Below, piece by piece: positions 38,663-47,262 of a DNA stretch of 64,000 nt. Each line of letters opens with the position of its first letter. Positions within the stretch are counted from its first letter, which is position 1. Source of the stretch: a virus; the IMG/VR virus record IMGVR_UViG_3300031787_011232, positions 4,768-68,767 of that record. One strand, written 5' to 3'. A model generated the notes under the pieces. That model was not told where the DNA came from. It saw only the letters and a program-made list of their open reading frames with translations, and did not search any database. A program made the position numbers and the translations under genes.

Positions 38663-39289
38663 ATGAAAAGACAAAACAACATTCAATTCCTAGCTGAATC
38701 TTTCATCGAGACAAAAAGCTCAAAATCCTTTAAAAGTCTGTATGAAAGATTAAAGCCAGGAATAACAAACCACTGTTACCTTATTCTTAAAAGCCAAGAA
38801 CTTGCTGAAGATGCATTTTCCAATACTATGACGAAAATATGGCAAAAAATACATCAGTACGACAAAGATAGAGCAAATTTTTCAACCTGGACTTATAATA
38901 TAGCTAGGAACGAATCTCTCTTAATTCTAAAAACCGGAAAAAGATTCTTTTCCCATAGCGACGAAGAAATGGAATATTTTTCTAATAAATCCACAATAGG
39001 AGATTTAGGTGGTCAATATTTTATGGAAGAAGATCCAGCATATTCTTTTCTTTTCGAGGATAAAAATATAGATACTGTTTATGAGTCTGTTTTAGATGAG
39101 ATAAGAGAATTGCCTGAAATTTACAGAGAAATTATGGTGGATAGAGAAATAAATGGGATGAAATATAAAGACATTGCAGAAAAATACGGGATAAAGAAAA
39201 GATCCATTGCTACAAGAATAAGAAGAGCAAGAGCAAGAATAAGAAAAAAAATGGACCCGAAACAAACCGTTAAAAAGAAAATAAAATAA
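38663..39289 (+). CDS. ECF-type sigma-70 factor
   Basis: Region 2 AEDAFSNT...FSTWTYNIARN; region 4 LPEIYRE...GMKYKDIAEKYG...TRIRRAR. Confidence 0.9.
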   Translation: MKRQNNIQFLAESFIETKSSKSFKSLYERLKPGITNHCYLILKSQELAEDAFSNTMTKIWQKIHQYDKDRANFSTWTYNIARNESLLILKTGKRFFSHSDEEMEYFSNKSTIGDLGGQYFMEEDPAYSFLFEDKNIDTVYESVLDEIRELPEIYREIMVDREINGMKYKDIAEKYGIKKRSIATRIRRARARIRKKMDPKQTVKKKIK

Positions 39290-39291
39290 TC

Positions 39292-39726
39292 ATGTTTAGG
39301 CTATTTAAAGTAATAAAAGAAATTAAACTATATTACGAGTATAGAAAAATAATAAGAAAAGAAGAATTAGATTCTCCTAGATGGTCTAAAGCAAATTTGC
39401 GTAGGGATTGGATTTATAGAATTTATACTGTTATAAATTTGCCTCCTCAAGTAACAATGTCTCCAGATTTTCCTGAAGAATCTAAGCCTTCTTTTGTTAT
39501 GTCAGAGATTAAACCAGTTAACGATTATTTAAAGTATCTTAATCTTGAAGAGTTGTTGACCATGTCTATTAATCCGATAGAAGGAACCCAAAATAATTCT
39601 TGGCTGATAATTTATCAATTTTTATTTAGACACCTTAGCTGGTTATGGATTTTTTATTTATCCCTACAGATAACCGCAATAATTCTTTTAGCTTTCTATT
39701 TTCCTTTAATCGTTAGTTCATTTTAA
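39292..39726 (+). CDS. Hypothetical protein with C-terminal transmembrane helix
   Basis: WLWIFYLSLQITAIILLAFYFPLIV. Confidence 0.6.
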   Translation: MFRLFKVIKEIKLYYEYRKIIRKEELDSPRWSKANLRRDWIYRIYTVINLPPQVTMSPDFPEESKPSFVMSEIKPVNDYLKYLNLEELLTMSINPIEGTQNNSWLIIYQFLFRHLSWLWIFYLSLQITAIILLAFYFPLIVSSF

Positions 39727-40559
39727 TGACATTTACTCTAAACAAAGAATACGATCCTAGACTTTTAGAATATAAGAAAGAGATAGATCTTAAATTATCT
39801 TTTTTTAAAGACGAAAGATTTAAATTTGAAGAAAAATCCCACGTTTATACATATTCAGATAAAAAATTTGATTCCGTTACGACATTATTAAAAGTCTTTA
39901 AAAAACCTTTTGATAAAGAATATTGGTCAAAAGAGAAAGGAAAAGAAAGAGGAGTAGACCCTTCCGTTATATTAAATGAATGGGAAGTTAAATCTCAAAT
40001 ATCTATGGATCTTGGAACAAAAGTCCATAAATTTATAGAAGATTTTTTGAGTGGTCTAGATCCTAACATGGACGAAAATGAAGACCCTATTTATAAAGAT
40101 AGAATACATAAATTTATTTATATTTACGAAAATAGGCTTAAATTCCTTTTACCTTTAGAATCTGAACTCCGTATATTTTGTAGAAAGTGGAGATTGGCAG
40201 GAACTATAGATCAGCCTTTTCTTTATTTAGATCCAAATTTCAAAAATCCTTTTTTAGTATTGGGGGATTGGAAAACTAATGGGGATTTTACCCATGATAA
40301 TCACCCTAAAGGAAAATATAATAAATTACTTAGACCTTTTACTGGATTATATCAAAATCATTTAAATGAATATTCTATACAGATAAGCATGTATAGATTA
40401 ATGCTTTATGAAGAGTTAGGAATAGAAACACAGGATGGATTTCTATGTCATATAGGTCCAGATGAACCGGCTAAACTTTATAAGTGTAAAGATCTCAGAG
40501 AACCATTGAAAGTTTATTTAGATCACAACAGAACTGAATTTGATATTTTTGATGTTTAA
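39726..40559 (+). CDS. PD-(D/E)xK exonuclease (RecB/Cas4-like)
   Basis: SVTT, GTKVH, ESE, AGTID, DWKT, QISMY. Confidence 0.85.
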   Translation: MTFTLNKEYDPRLLEYKKEIDLKLSFFKDERFKFEEKSHVYTYSDKKFDSVTTLLKVFKKPFDKEYWSKEKGKERGVDPSVILNEWEVKSQISMDLGTKVHKFIEDFLSGLDPNMDENEDPIYKDRIHKFIYIYENRLKFLLPLESELRIFCRKWRLAGTIDQPFLYLDPNFKNPFLVLGDWKTNGDFTHDNHPKGKYNKLLRPFTGLYQNHLNEYSIQISMYRLMLYEELGIETQDGFLCHIGPDEPAKLYKCKDLREPLKVYLDHNRTEFDIFDV

Positions 40560-40561
40560 TT

Positions 40562-40589
40562 GAAACAATTTTAATATATTTTCTATAAT
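40562..40589 (+). promoter_or_regulatory. Class A promoter candidate, GAAAC-N17-TATAAT
   Basis: Recurrent motif upstream of 40615. Confidence 0.65.
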
Positions 40590-40614
40590 TTAAAAATAAA
40601 AAATAAAAAATAAA

Positions 40615-41139
40615 ATGGCAAAAAAAGAATCAACACCTTTAAATTTAAATTCTAATAATTTACCCGGAGGATCTTCTCAAATTGATTTTAATGATTCGGA
40701 GATTAATGTTTCGGTAGATCAAGAATTAATAAATTCTTTAGAGAAAGAAGTTGAATTAAAGAAAAAAGAAAATAGAGAAAAATTATATGCTATCTCTATG
40801 AACAAATCTTTACTTGAAAAATATGAAGATTTTATTAGGGAAGAAGCAGAATGGAATTCTACTGAAGCTTTGGGTGTTATTGAGGTTTATAAACAAATAC
40901 AAAGAATAAAATCCGAAAAAATTAAAGATAATGTTATTTACATGGGAGCTCTTCCTGTAGAAGCAACTCATTATTTTTTAAACAAAGTTAAAGGAGTTGG
41001 AGTAGAACAAGCTAATAATTTTATTGAATTGTACAGATCTTTCGATCAAGTACTTAAAGATGTTAAAACTGATAATCAAATCTTACAGGATTTAGAAAAG
41101 AAACTTGCTGCGGCTATGCAAGGTATTTCTTTAGGTTAG
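40615..41139 (+). CDS. Hypothetical protein (monocistronic)
   Basis: Own promoter and terminator. Confidence 0.65.
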   Translation: MAKKESTPLNLNSNNLPGGSSQIDFNDSEINVSVDQELINSLEKEVELKKKENREKLYAISMNKSLLEKYEDFIREEAEWNSTEALGVIEVYKQIQRIKSEKIKDNVIYMGALPVEATHYFLNKVKGVGVEQANNFIELYRSFDQVLKDVKTDNQILQDLEKKLAAAMQGISLG

Positions 41140-41161
41140 TTTTTTCTTTTATAATTCGTTT

Positions 41162-41192
41162 AAGCCAAGGAGAATTTCTTCTTGGCTTTTTT
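41162..41192 (+). terminator. Intrinsic terminator
   Basis: AAGCCAAG...CTTGGCTT plus T-run. Confidence 0.8.
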
Positions 41193-41208
41193 AATGATAT
41201 AAGTAATG

Positions 41209-41216
41209 GATATATA
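41209..41216 (+). promoter_or_regulatory. Late promoter candidate GATATATA
   Basis: Upstream of 41231. Confidence 0.65.
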
Positions 41217-41230
41217 TAGAAAATAAAAAT

Positions 41231-41515
41231 ATGAAAACAATAGAAAAAATTAAAAATTATTCATGGGCGATTACTTTAGTACTTATTCTTTTCGTCTTAA
41301 TGAGACAGTGCGGGGTTAATAGAGATATCGACAGAATGGAAAAATCTGTTAAATCGATTAATAATAGGGTAGATTCTTTAGAAATACCTAATAAGGAAGA
41401 GATAAGAAAAGAAATGAATGAAACTATGTTTAATTTTCTCATTTATGAAGATGATTTCGATAAAGGAAAAGCTTCTCTTTCGGATATAAAATCTAAAATA
41501 AATACCCAAAAATAA
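41231..41515 (+). CDS. Membrane-anchored coiled-coil protein
   Basis: N-terminal hydrophobic helix ending MRQC, then heptads. Confidence 0.6.
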   Translation: MKTIEKIKNYSWAITLVLILFVLMRQCGVNRDIDRMEKSVKSINNRVDSLEIPNKEEIRKEMNETMFNFLIYEDDFDKGKASLSDIKSKINTQK

Positions 41516-41520
41516 TTTAT

Positions 41521-42144
41521 ATGAAAAATAAAGGAGTCCACATATTTATAATATCGACCTTTGTTTTGCTTTATTTGGTAGTCTCTATCATCTCAACTAT
41601 ACACGTTATAGATTTTTTTGATTTAACCAACCCAAGGTGGCTTTCTGTTTTTTTAGCTATAGCTTTTGAAATAGGGGCAGCTGCTTCTTTAGCTTCTATA
41701 ATTGTTCTGGATAAAATGAACAAATTTATAGTTTGGTCTTTATTTTTTATTTTAACTGCAATGCAAGCTATAGGAAATACCTATTTTGCATATACCCATT
41801 TATCTGATTTTTCTTCTTGGAGCGAACTTTTTGGACTTTCGGAGGAAGAACCGATATTCCAAAAAAGAATACTTGCTATAATAAGTGGGGCTATACTTCC
41901 TTTGGTTTCTCTGGGATTTATAAAAGCATTAGTTGATTATATCAGACCTGGGAAAAAAGAAGAACTTTTAGAAGAAAAGGAAGAAACAATAGATCCTGTA
42001 ATAAATTCCGAAGAAATTGAAATCCCCGGAGAAAAATTAGAGAACGATCCCCAGCAATTACAAGAAAACAAAGATAAACCAGAGGGAGCTAGAAAATTAA
42101 AGGATACCATTTATTATGATTTAGACCCAACAAAAATATCCTAA
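41521..42144 (+). CDS. Four-helix integral membrane protein
   Basis: Four hydrophobic segments, acidic tail. Confidence 0.65.
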   Translation: MKNKGVHIFIISTFVLLYLVVSIISTIHVIDFFDLTNPRWLSVFLAIAFEIGAAASLASIIVLDKMNKFIVWSLFFILTAMQAIGNTYFAYTHLSDFSSWSELFGLSEEEPIFQKRILAIISGAILPLVSLGFIKALVDYIRPGKKEELLEEKEETIDPVINSEEIEIPGEKLENDPQQLQENKDKPEGARKLKDTIYYDLDPTKIS

Positions 42145-42145
42145 T

Positions 42146-42817
42146 ATGATAGACCAGAATGATGAAATATTAAATATAGACGGGGGTAGCTCTTTAAATT
42201 CTAGCCCAGAAATATCCGGGGGAGATTCTTCTTATCCTTTAAGTCCTCAGTCTTCTGGATCTACAGGAGGATTTTTTACCAATTATACCAATGTTGCTTT
42301 ATTAAATAGGGATCTAAGAAGAATAAATGCAACTTTTAGAAGATTTAACGATTCTCCTAAAGTTAAATTTATAAAAGAATATTACTCAGTAATAAGAAAA
42401 GAAGAGACTATGGATAAAATATCTCTTGCAGATTTTTTCCATCCTTTACAATCTTTTTCGGATTACCAAAAACAAACTATAGTAATAGATCCATTAACTA
42501 CGATAAATTTAGATCCTTCCTTTTATTCTACGGAAGGAGAGGTTTCTTTAATAGTAGCTAAAGCAGAATATCTTCCAGAAGCAGAAAATAATGAGAAAAT
42601 TTTATTTTGGGATTATGGAAATACCCCGAGAAAAATTATGGGATCTATTATGATATTGTCAGGAGCTATAAAAAATGGTTCTTCTTGGCACGGATGGGAC
42701 GTAGATCCATTTTCGGATTACGAACATTCTTCTCCCCCGGATATAAACGAGGGAGGAATATCTTTCACTAATCCCACAGAAAAGACCGTAAAATTAACCA
42801 TTTTAACCGCTAACTAA
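42146..42817 (+). CDS. Hypothetical protein, paralog A
   Basis: MGSIMILSG...GW...GGISFTNP shared with next ORF. Confidence 0.6.
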   Translation: MIDQNDEILNIDGGSSLNSSPEISGGDSSYPLSPQSSGSTGGFFTNYTNVALLNRDLRRINATFRRFNDSPKVKFIKEYYSVIRKEETMDKISLADFFHPLQSFSDYQKQTIVIDPLTTINLDPSFYSTEGEVSLIVAKAEYLPEAENNEKILFWDYGNTPRKIMGSIMILSGAIKNGSSWHGWDVDPFSDYEHSSPPDINEGGISFTNPTEKTVKLTILTAN

Positions 42818-43302
42818 TGGCAACTAGACCTGTAAAATGCCCATATGATGAAGATTCCGGATTTAGATTTAATAGAGGATTTTTAGTTTTAGATACCCCT
42901 ACTACAAATTATCCGGAAAAATTTATTAGAATGGACGATATATTTGAAGAAATAACTTCTTATTCTAAACTTAAAATAAATCTTCCGCCTTCTTCTTGTT
43001 ATCTTTTAAGCCAAACCGATATATCAGACAGCGAAGGATTTGTAAATTTCATATTAGTAAAATCCACTTTTCCGGAAGGTACTTTAGAGACCAGAAAATA
43101 TTTAACCTGGGAATATGACGGGGGAATTTACAATATGGGAAAAATTATGTTACTTACAGGATCTGATATTACCGATGTTTCTTCCCAGCCGTTAGGGTGG
43201 AATATATCTCAGCCGGGAACCGTTTACGATAATGGAGGAATAATATTTTGTAATCCCCATTCAGATATAACAATTAAATTAGAAATTCTTGTTGCAAGAT
43301 AA
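42817..43302 (+). CDS. Hypothetical protein, paralog B
   Basis: MGKIMLLTG...GW...GGIIFCNP. Confidence 0.6.
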   Translation: MATRPVKCPYDEDSGFRFNRGFLVLDTPTTNYPEKFIRMDDIFEEITSYSKLKINLPPSSCYLLSQTDISDSEGFVNFILVKSTFPEGTLETRKYLTWEYDGGIYNMGKIMLLTGSDITDVSSQPLGWNISQPGTVYDNGGIIFCNPHSDITIKLEILVAR

Positions 43303-43330
43303 TAAATTCTAATTTTTTTATTTTGGAAAA

Positions 43331-43338
43331 GATATATA
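43331..43338 (+). promoter_or_regulatory. Late promoter candidate GATATATA
   Basis: Upstream of 43363. Confidence 0.65.
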
Positions 43339-43362
43339 GATCACAACTTAAATAGACAAAAA

Positions 43363-45531
43363 ATGGATTTCGTAAATCAAATTAAAAAATTAAAAGATCT
43401 AACAAAATCTCCTAAAGTTAGAGAATTGTGCGAGAGCTATCTAAATGGAGGAATGAAATTGGATCCAGAATCTTTTTTTAATCAAATCAATGAAGAAGAT
43501 TCTAATTTTTCTGATAATATAAAAGAGCATGTAGATGCTATTAAAAACGAACAAGCAGAGATATCTAGAAGATCTGCTCAGCAGCTAATGGAACACTGGG
43601 AAGGAGTTAAAAATTTATCTTTAGATAATAGTGGAACTTTCCTTAACAATAAACCTAGCAATTCTTTAAATGAATCATTAGTTGAAAAATTAGAAGATTT
43701 ATCATTGGTTGACGGTAGCGTTAAATCTTTCAGAGAAGCTCAAAAATTAAATAACCTTGGAATTTTAGAATCTTTAGAATTTTTAAAAAGTAAAGCTGTA
43801 TATTCATATCCTCAAACCAAAATAATATGTGAGCAATTTAGAAATTTGGTACAGGACAGGGGAATTAAAGAATTTTTATTGGCAGAATCCTACTTGAATG
43901 AGCTTTCTAAAATAGGATGGGATTCTGATGTAAAAGATGTCATAGAAACAATATCGGAAAAAACAAAAAGATATTCTAGAGAGATTGAAGTTTCTAAAGT
44001 ATTAGAAAATTTAAGAAACGGGGGTAGTAGAAATTTCTATTCGGATTTGATAGACGATTTAGATTCTTGGTTAGTTACTGAAAATAAATCAACAGATCTT
44101 TTATTGAAAAAAATAAAAAGATGGGAATTTAACCCGGTGATTAGAAATTTATCAAATTCTATAAAAATTAATGAATCTAGAAATAGCGGTTATTTAAATT
44201 TACCTAGAGTTAGCCAAGGAGAATCTAGAGTAGAATCTTTATTTGCCCCGGTATTAATCGAAGAGGGAAGAACAGTATTTCCTTTAGGGGGAGATTTATT
44301 TTCTGGTGGATATACCGGATTTAATAGACTTAGCGAATCGGAAATTAAAAAAACAGTTCCTAGTTCTTATTTGAATCTACTTTCTATTTGTTCTAAACCT
44401 AATATTAGAATAGATGAAAATGGAGCTTATATTGCTATTGGAAAAAATACTATAAAAATAGTAGAAGAAGGAACTAAAAATTCTGTTTATCTAGGAAAAA
44501 GTAAATTAAATTTTAGAAATAGTGTGGATCTTGCAAAAATAGTAGGATTAGAAGTTACTTCGAATCTAGGAATGATGGAAAGTACTTTAGTCAACGATGT
44601 AGTTACTATCTATGAAAATTATGATAGCATCGTAGAACTGGATTTTGCAAAATCTATAATTTCTAATATCTATGAAGGAGTTTCTATAAACTTAATAAAA
44701 TGGGAAAACCAAATTTACCTTCAGAAGGTAAATGAATCTATGAGAGAAAAATCCCTATATAAAGTAAATGGATCTCAAGCAGTTAAAGCGGTTAAGGATT
44801 ATTTAAGATATGATATATCGGAAGGTCTTACAGAATTTTTAGAAGGAGATTATAAGAGAAAATCTATTATGATAAATGACAGAAATGAAATTCTAAATAA
44901 CATTACCATAATAGAATCTGAGATAGAAAAGATAGAAAGATTTTTTGAGAGCAAACCTGAATTAAAAGAAAGCCAAGAACTAAAATCAGCTCATTACAGT
45001 TTATCTAAAGAATTATCAGTACTTAGAGAAAAATGGAACCATTTAAATATCGAAATAGAAAGAGTAGAAGACAATCTCGTTGAAATTGATGATGATATTT
45101 TCGAAGATGAAAAATTTAAAATAGGAGATTTTGTTAAAGTCAAAGAATCAGGAGAAACTGGAAAAGTTCTATCTGTAGACGGAAGTTCTGGTAGATATAC
45201 AGTTTTATTGGATAGCGGAAAAACTTCAGATTACACGGTAGGAGAAATATCAGATTTAGAAGAAGCTTTAAATAAAGCAGCAGAGGAAAATGAGGAAGAA
45301 TCAGATGAGGACGGAGAAGAAGGAATTAAGGAAGCAAGAAAAATAAGCAAATCTGAATTGAATAAACAAAGAGGGTATTTAGGAAAATTTAAAGATTCTC
45401 ATGGATTCTCCGTAGCTCCTGGAAAAAAAGAAAAGATAGGATTTGAACTTAAGAATTCAACTTTAGACATAGATCATAATCACGGATACAATACAACTCT
45501 TAACGAAGAAGAGTTACTAAAAAAAAAGTAG
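43363..45531 (+). CDS. Large late protein, probable prohead core/internal protein with KOW/SH3-like motif
   Basis: Many I/L-x-E sites (INE, LNE, ILE); FKIGDFVKVKESGETGKV; ends in A9 run. Confidence 0.6.
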   Translation: MDFVNQIKKLKDLTKSPKVRELCESYLNGGMKLDPESFFNQINEEDSNFSDNIKEHVDAIKNEQAEISRRSAQQLMEHWEGVKNLSLDNSGTFLNNKPSNSLNESLVEKLEDLSLVDGSVKSFREAQKLNNLGILESLEFLKSKAVYSYPQTKIICEQFRNLVQDRGIKEFLLAESYLNELSKIGWDSDVKDVIETISEKTKRYSREIEVSKVLENLRNGGSRNFYSDLIDDLDSWLVTENKSTDLLLKKIKRWEFNPVIRNLSNSIKINESRNSGYLNLPRVSQGESRVESLFAPVLIEEGRTVFPLGGDLFSGGYTGFNRLSESEIKKTVPSSYLNLLSICSKPNIRIDENGAYIAIGKNTIKIVEEGTKNSVYLGKSKLNFRNSVDLAKIVGLEVTSNLGMMESTLVNDVVTIYENYDSIVELDFAKSIISNIYEGVSINLIKWENQIYLQKVNESMREKSLYKVNGSQAVKAVKDYLRYDISEGLTEFLEGDYKRKSIMINDRNEILNNITIIESEIEKIERFFESKPELKESQELKSAHYSLSKELSVLREKWNHLNIEIERVEDNLVEIDDDIFEDEKFKIGDFVKVKESGETGKVLSVDGSSGRYTVLLDSGKTSDYTVGEISDLEEALNKAAEENEEESDEDGEEGIKEARKISKSELNKQRGYLGKFKDSHGFSVAPGKKEKIGFELKNSTLDIDHNHGYNTTLNEEELLKKK

Positions 45532-45680
45532 ATCGTAATTTTTATTTTGCTCCTTCATTTAAAAATCAAAAAGAAACAAAAGAAAAATTTGATCAAGATC
45601 TTTCCCGATTCATGTCAAGAGCTCCAAAGGAATCCACTAATAAAAAAATAGAAGAAGAAGGAGAAGAAAAAACAAAATAA

Positions 45681-45708
45681 AAAAAGGGAATCTTAGGATT
45701 CCTTTTTT
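45681..45708 (+). terminator. Intrinsic terminator
   Basis: GGGAATC-TTAG-GATTCCT plus T-run. Confidence 0.8.
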
Positions 45709-45765
45709 CTTGATCGAAATTTTTCATTTTTTTCTTACTACAAACTCTAATAACAAAAAACAAAA

Positions 45766-46125
45766 ATGGCTAAAATATACGTAAAAAACAAAGACCTACT
45801 AGCGGCATTTAAAGATTCTAAAGAAAAAGGAAGTCTTAATCCGGAAATAGTGGGAATGTTTTATCTTATAATAGATGGAATATCTAAAAAAATGTCTTAT
45901 AAAGATCCATCGGATAAAGAAGATTGCATGGCTTTTGCGATGGAAGATCTTTGTAAATATTGGGATAGATTCAATCCCGATAAATCGGACAATGCATTTT
46001 CTTATTTTACCCAGATAGCAAAAAATGGATTTGCAAAAGGATGGAAAAAAATACACCCTCCAAAAAATCCAAAAACTATACCATTTAGTTATATCACGGG
46101 GGAAGATAATACATATAATGTATAA
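45766..46125 (+). CDS. gp55: Late-transcription sigma factor, minimal gp55-like
   Basis: YVKNKDLL, FNPDKSDNAFSYFTQIAKNGF. Confidence 0.85.
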   Translation: MAKIYVKNKDLLAAFKDSKEKGSLNPEIVGMFYLIIDGISKKMSYKDPSDKEDCMAFAMEDLCKYWDRFNPDKSDNAFSYFTQIAKNGFAKGWKKIHPPKNPKTIPFSYITGEDNTYNV

Positions 46126-46129
46126 TTTA

Positions 46130-46137
46130 GATAAATA
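46130..46137 (+). promoter_or_regulatory. Late promoter candidate GATAAATA
   Basis: Upstream of gp4. Confidence 0.55.
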
Positions 46138-46154
46138 GATCATAAAAAAGATCT

Positions 46155-46640
46155 ATGACGGATATAAAAAAAGTAAAACCCAACGGAGAATACAAATCTG
46201 GTAAATTTGTACCAAAAAATCCAGATAAATACATAGGAGATATACATAATATCATATTTAGATCGTCGTGGGAGCAAAGATTTTGTATTTACTGTGATAC
46301 CAATGAATCTATAATAAAATGGAGCTCCGAGCCTCTAAAGATCCCGTACTACAATCCATTAGATAAAAAAGAACACGAGTATAATGTGGATTTCTATATG
46401 AAAACTTTAAAGAATGACGGGGAAGAACAGGAATGGATAATAGAAATAAAACCGGAAAAACAAACCCAAAAACCGGTTTATGAGGGGAATATGACAACAG
46501 CTAAACTTAAAGCCTACAATAGAAATATGCAGATATGGATAACTAACCAATCCAAATTTAAAGCTGCAAAATTATGGGCAGAACAAAGAGGGTTTAGGTT
46601 TGGAGTCATTAATGAAAATTTTTTATTTAAGGGTAAATGA
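46155..46640 (+). CDS. gp4: Head completion nuclease (TnsA-N-like)
   Basis: GKFVPKNPDKYIGD, FRSSWE, WSSE, YNVDF, EIKP, NQSKFKAA. Confidence 0.9.
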   Translation: MTDIKKVKPNGEYKSGKFVPKNPDKYIGDIHNIIFRSSWEQRFCIYCDTNESIIKWSSEPLKIPYYNPLDKKEHEYNVDFYMKTLKNDGEEQEWIIEIKPEKQTQKPVYEGNMTTAKLKAYNRNMQIWITNQSKFKAAKLWAEQRGFRFGVINENFLFKGK

Positions 46641-47233
46641 AAAACTTCGAAGAATTATTAAAAGAATATTCTTACGAATATAAAAGCCAAGAAGGCAGAA
46701 TAAAGGAATCTAATAATTTTTTTTCTAAGAATTATTTAGAAAATTCTAAATATTCTTCCTTTTCTCTTCCTTTTGTTCCTGGGATTATTTATTCTTTTCA
46801 ATATAAAACCCCGGCCAAGATATCCGAAAAAAGAAAATTTATAAATAGAAATCCTATTTTTTTATTTTTAAACTACACTAAAAGCCAAGAATACGGGAAC
46901 ATTTTACACGGAATAGATCTTTCTACTTCTCCTTACGAGGCTAGAGAAGTTATTTTATCTAGAATCTGGAATTTATTTAAGGAGAAAATATCCAAAAATA
47001 GTAATCCTAAAGAAAAAAAAGAAGCTCTTCCTTTATCTCCTGAAAATTTAGATTCTATTTTAAATAAAACCGGATATAGAAAATCTATTTTTGGATTTAA
47101 ATATGAATATTTTTACAACACAAAAGAGATAAAATCCGAGGATTGGGTGAGAATTCCCTTTTTAGAACTAAATACGTTCGAGGGCCTGAGTTCTTTTGAG
47201 ATATATAAAGAATATAAATCGAAATTAAAATAA
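46637..47233 (+). CDS. DNA end protector, gp2-like
   Basis: PGIIYSFQY, NRNPIF, GIDL, EDW; synteny with gp4. Confidence 0.55.
   Translation: MKNFEELLKEYSYEYKSQEGRIKESNNFFSKNYLENSKYSSFSLPFVPGIIYSFQYKTPAKISEKRKFINRNPIFLFLNYTKSQEYGNILHGIDLSTSPYEAREVILSRIWNLFKEKISKNSNPKEKKEALPLSPENLDSILNKTGYRKSIFGFKYEYFYNTKEIKSEDWVRIPFLELNTFEGLSSFEIYKEYKSKLK
47200..47207 (+). promoter_or_regulatory. Late promoter candidate GATATATA (in 3' end of gp2-like gene)
   Basis: 55 nt upstream of portal 1. Confidence 0.55.
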
Positions 47234-47262
47234 AAAAATAGGTATAATACCTAATATCAATT

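Noticed and set aside
39726-40559. Cas4-like nuclease as part of a CRISPR system
   Set aside because: No array, no other cas genes, no evident four-Cys Fe-S motif; common stand-alone phage nuclease
45529-45651. In-frame TAG readthrough of ORF 43363
   Set aside because: Zero-frame continuation is not protein-like; the -1 frame fits composition and terminator position better
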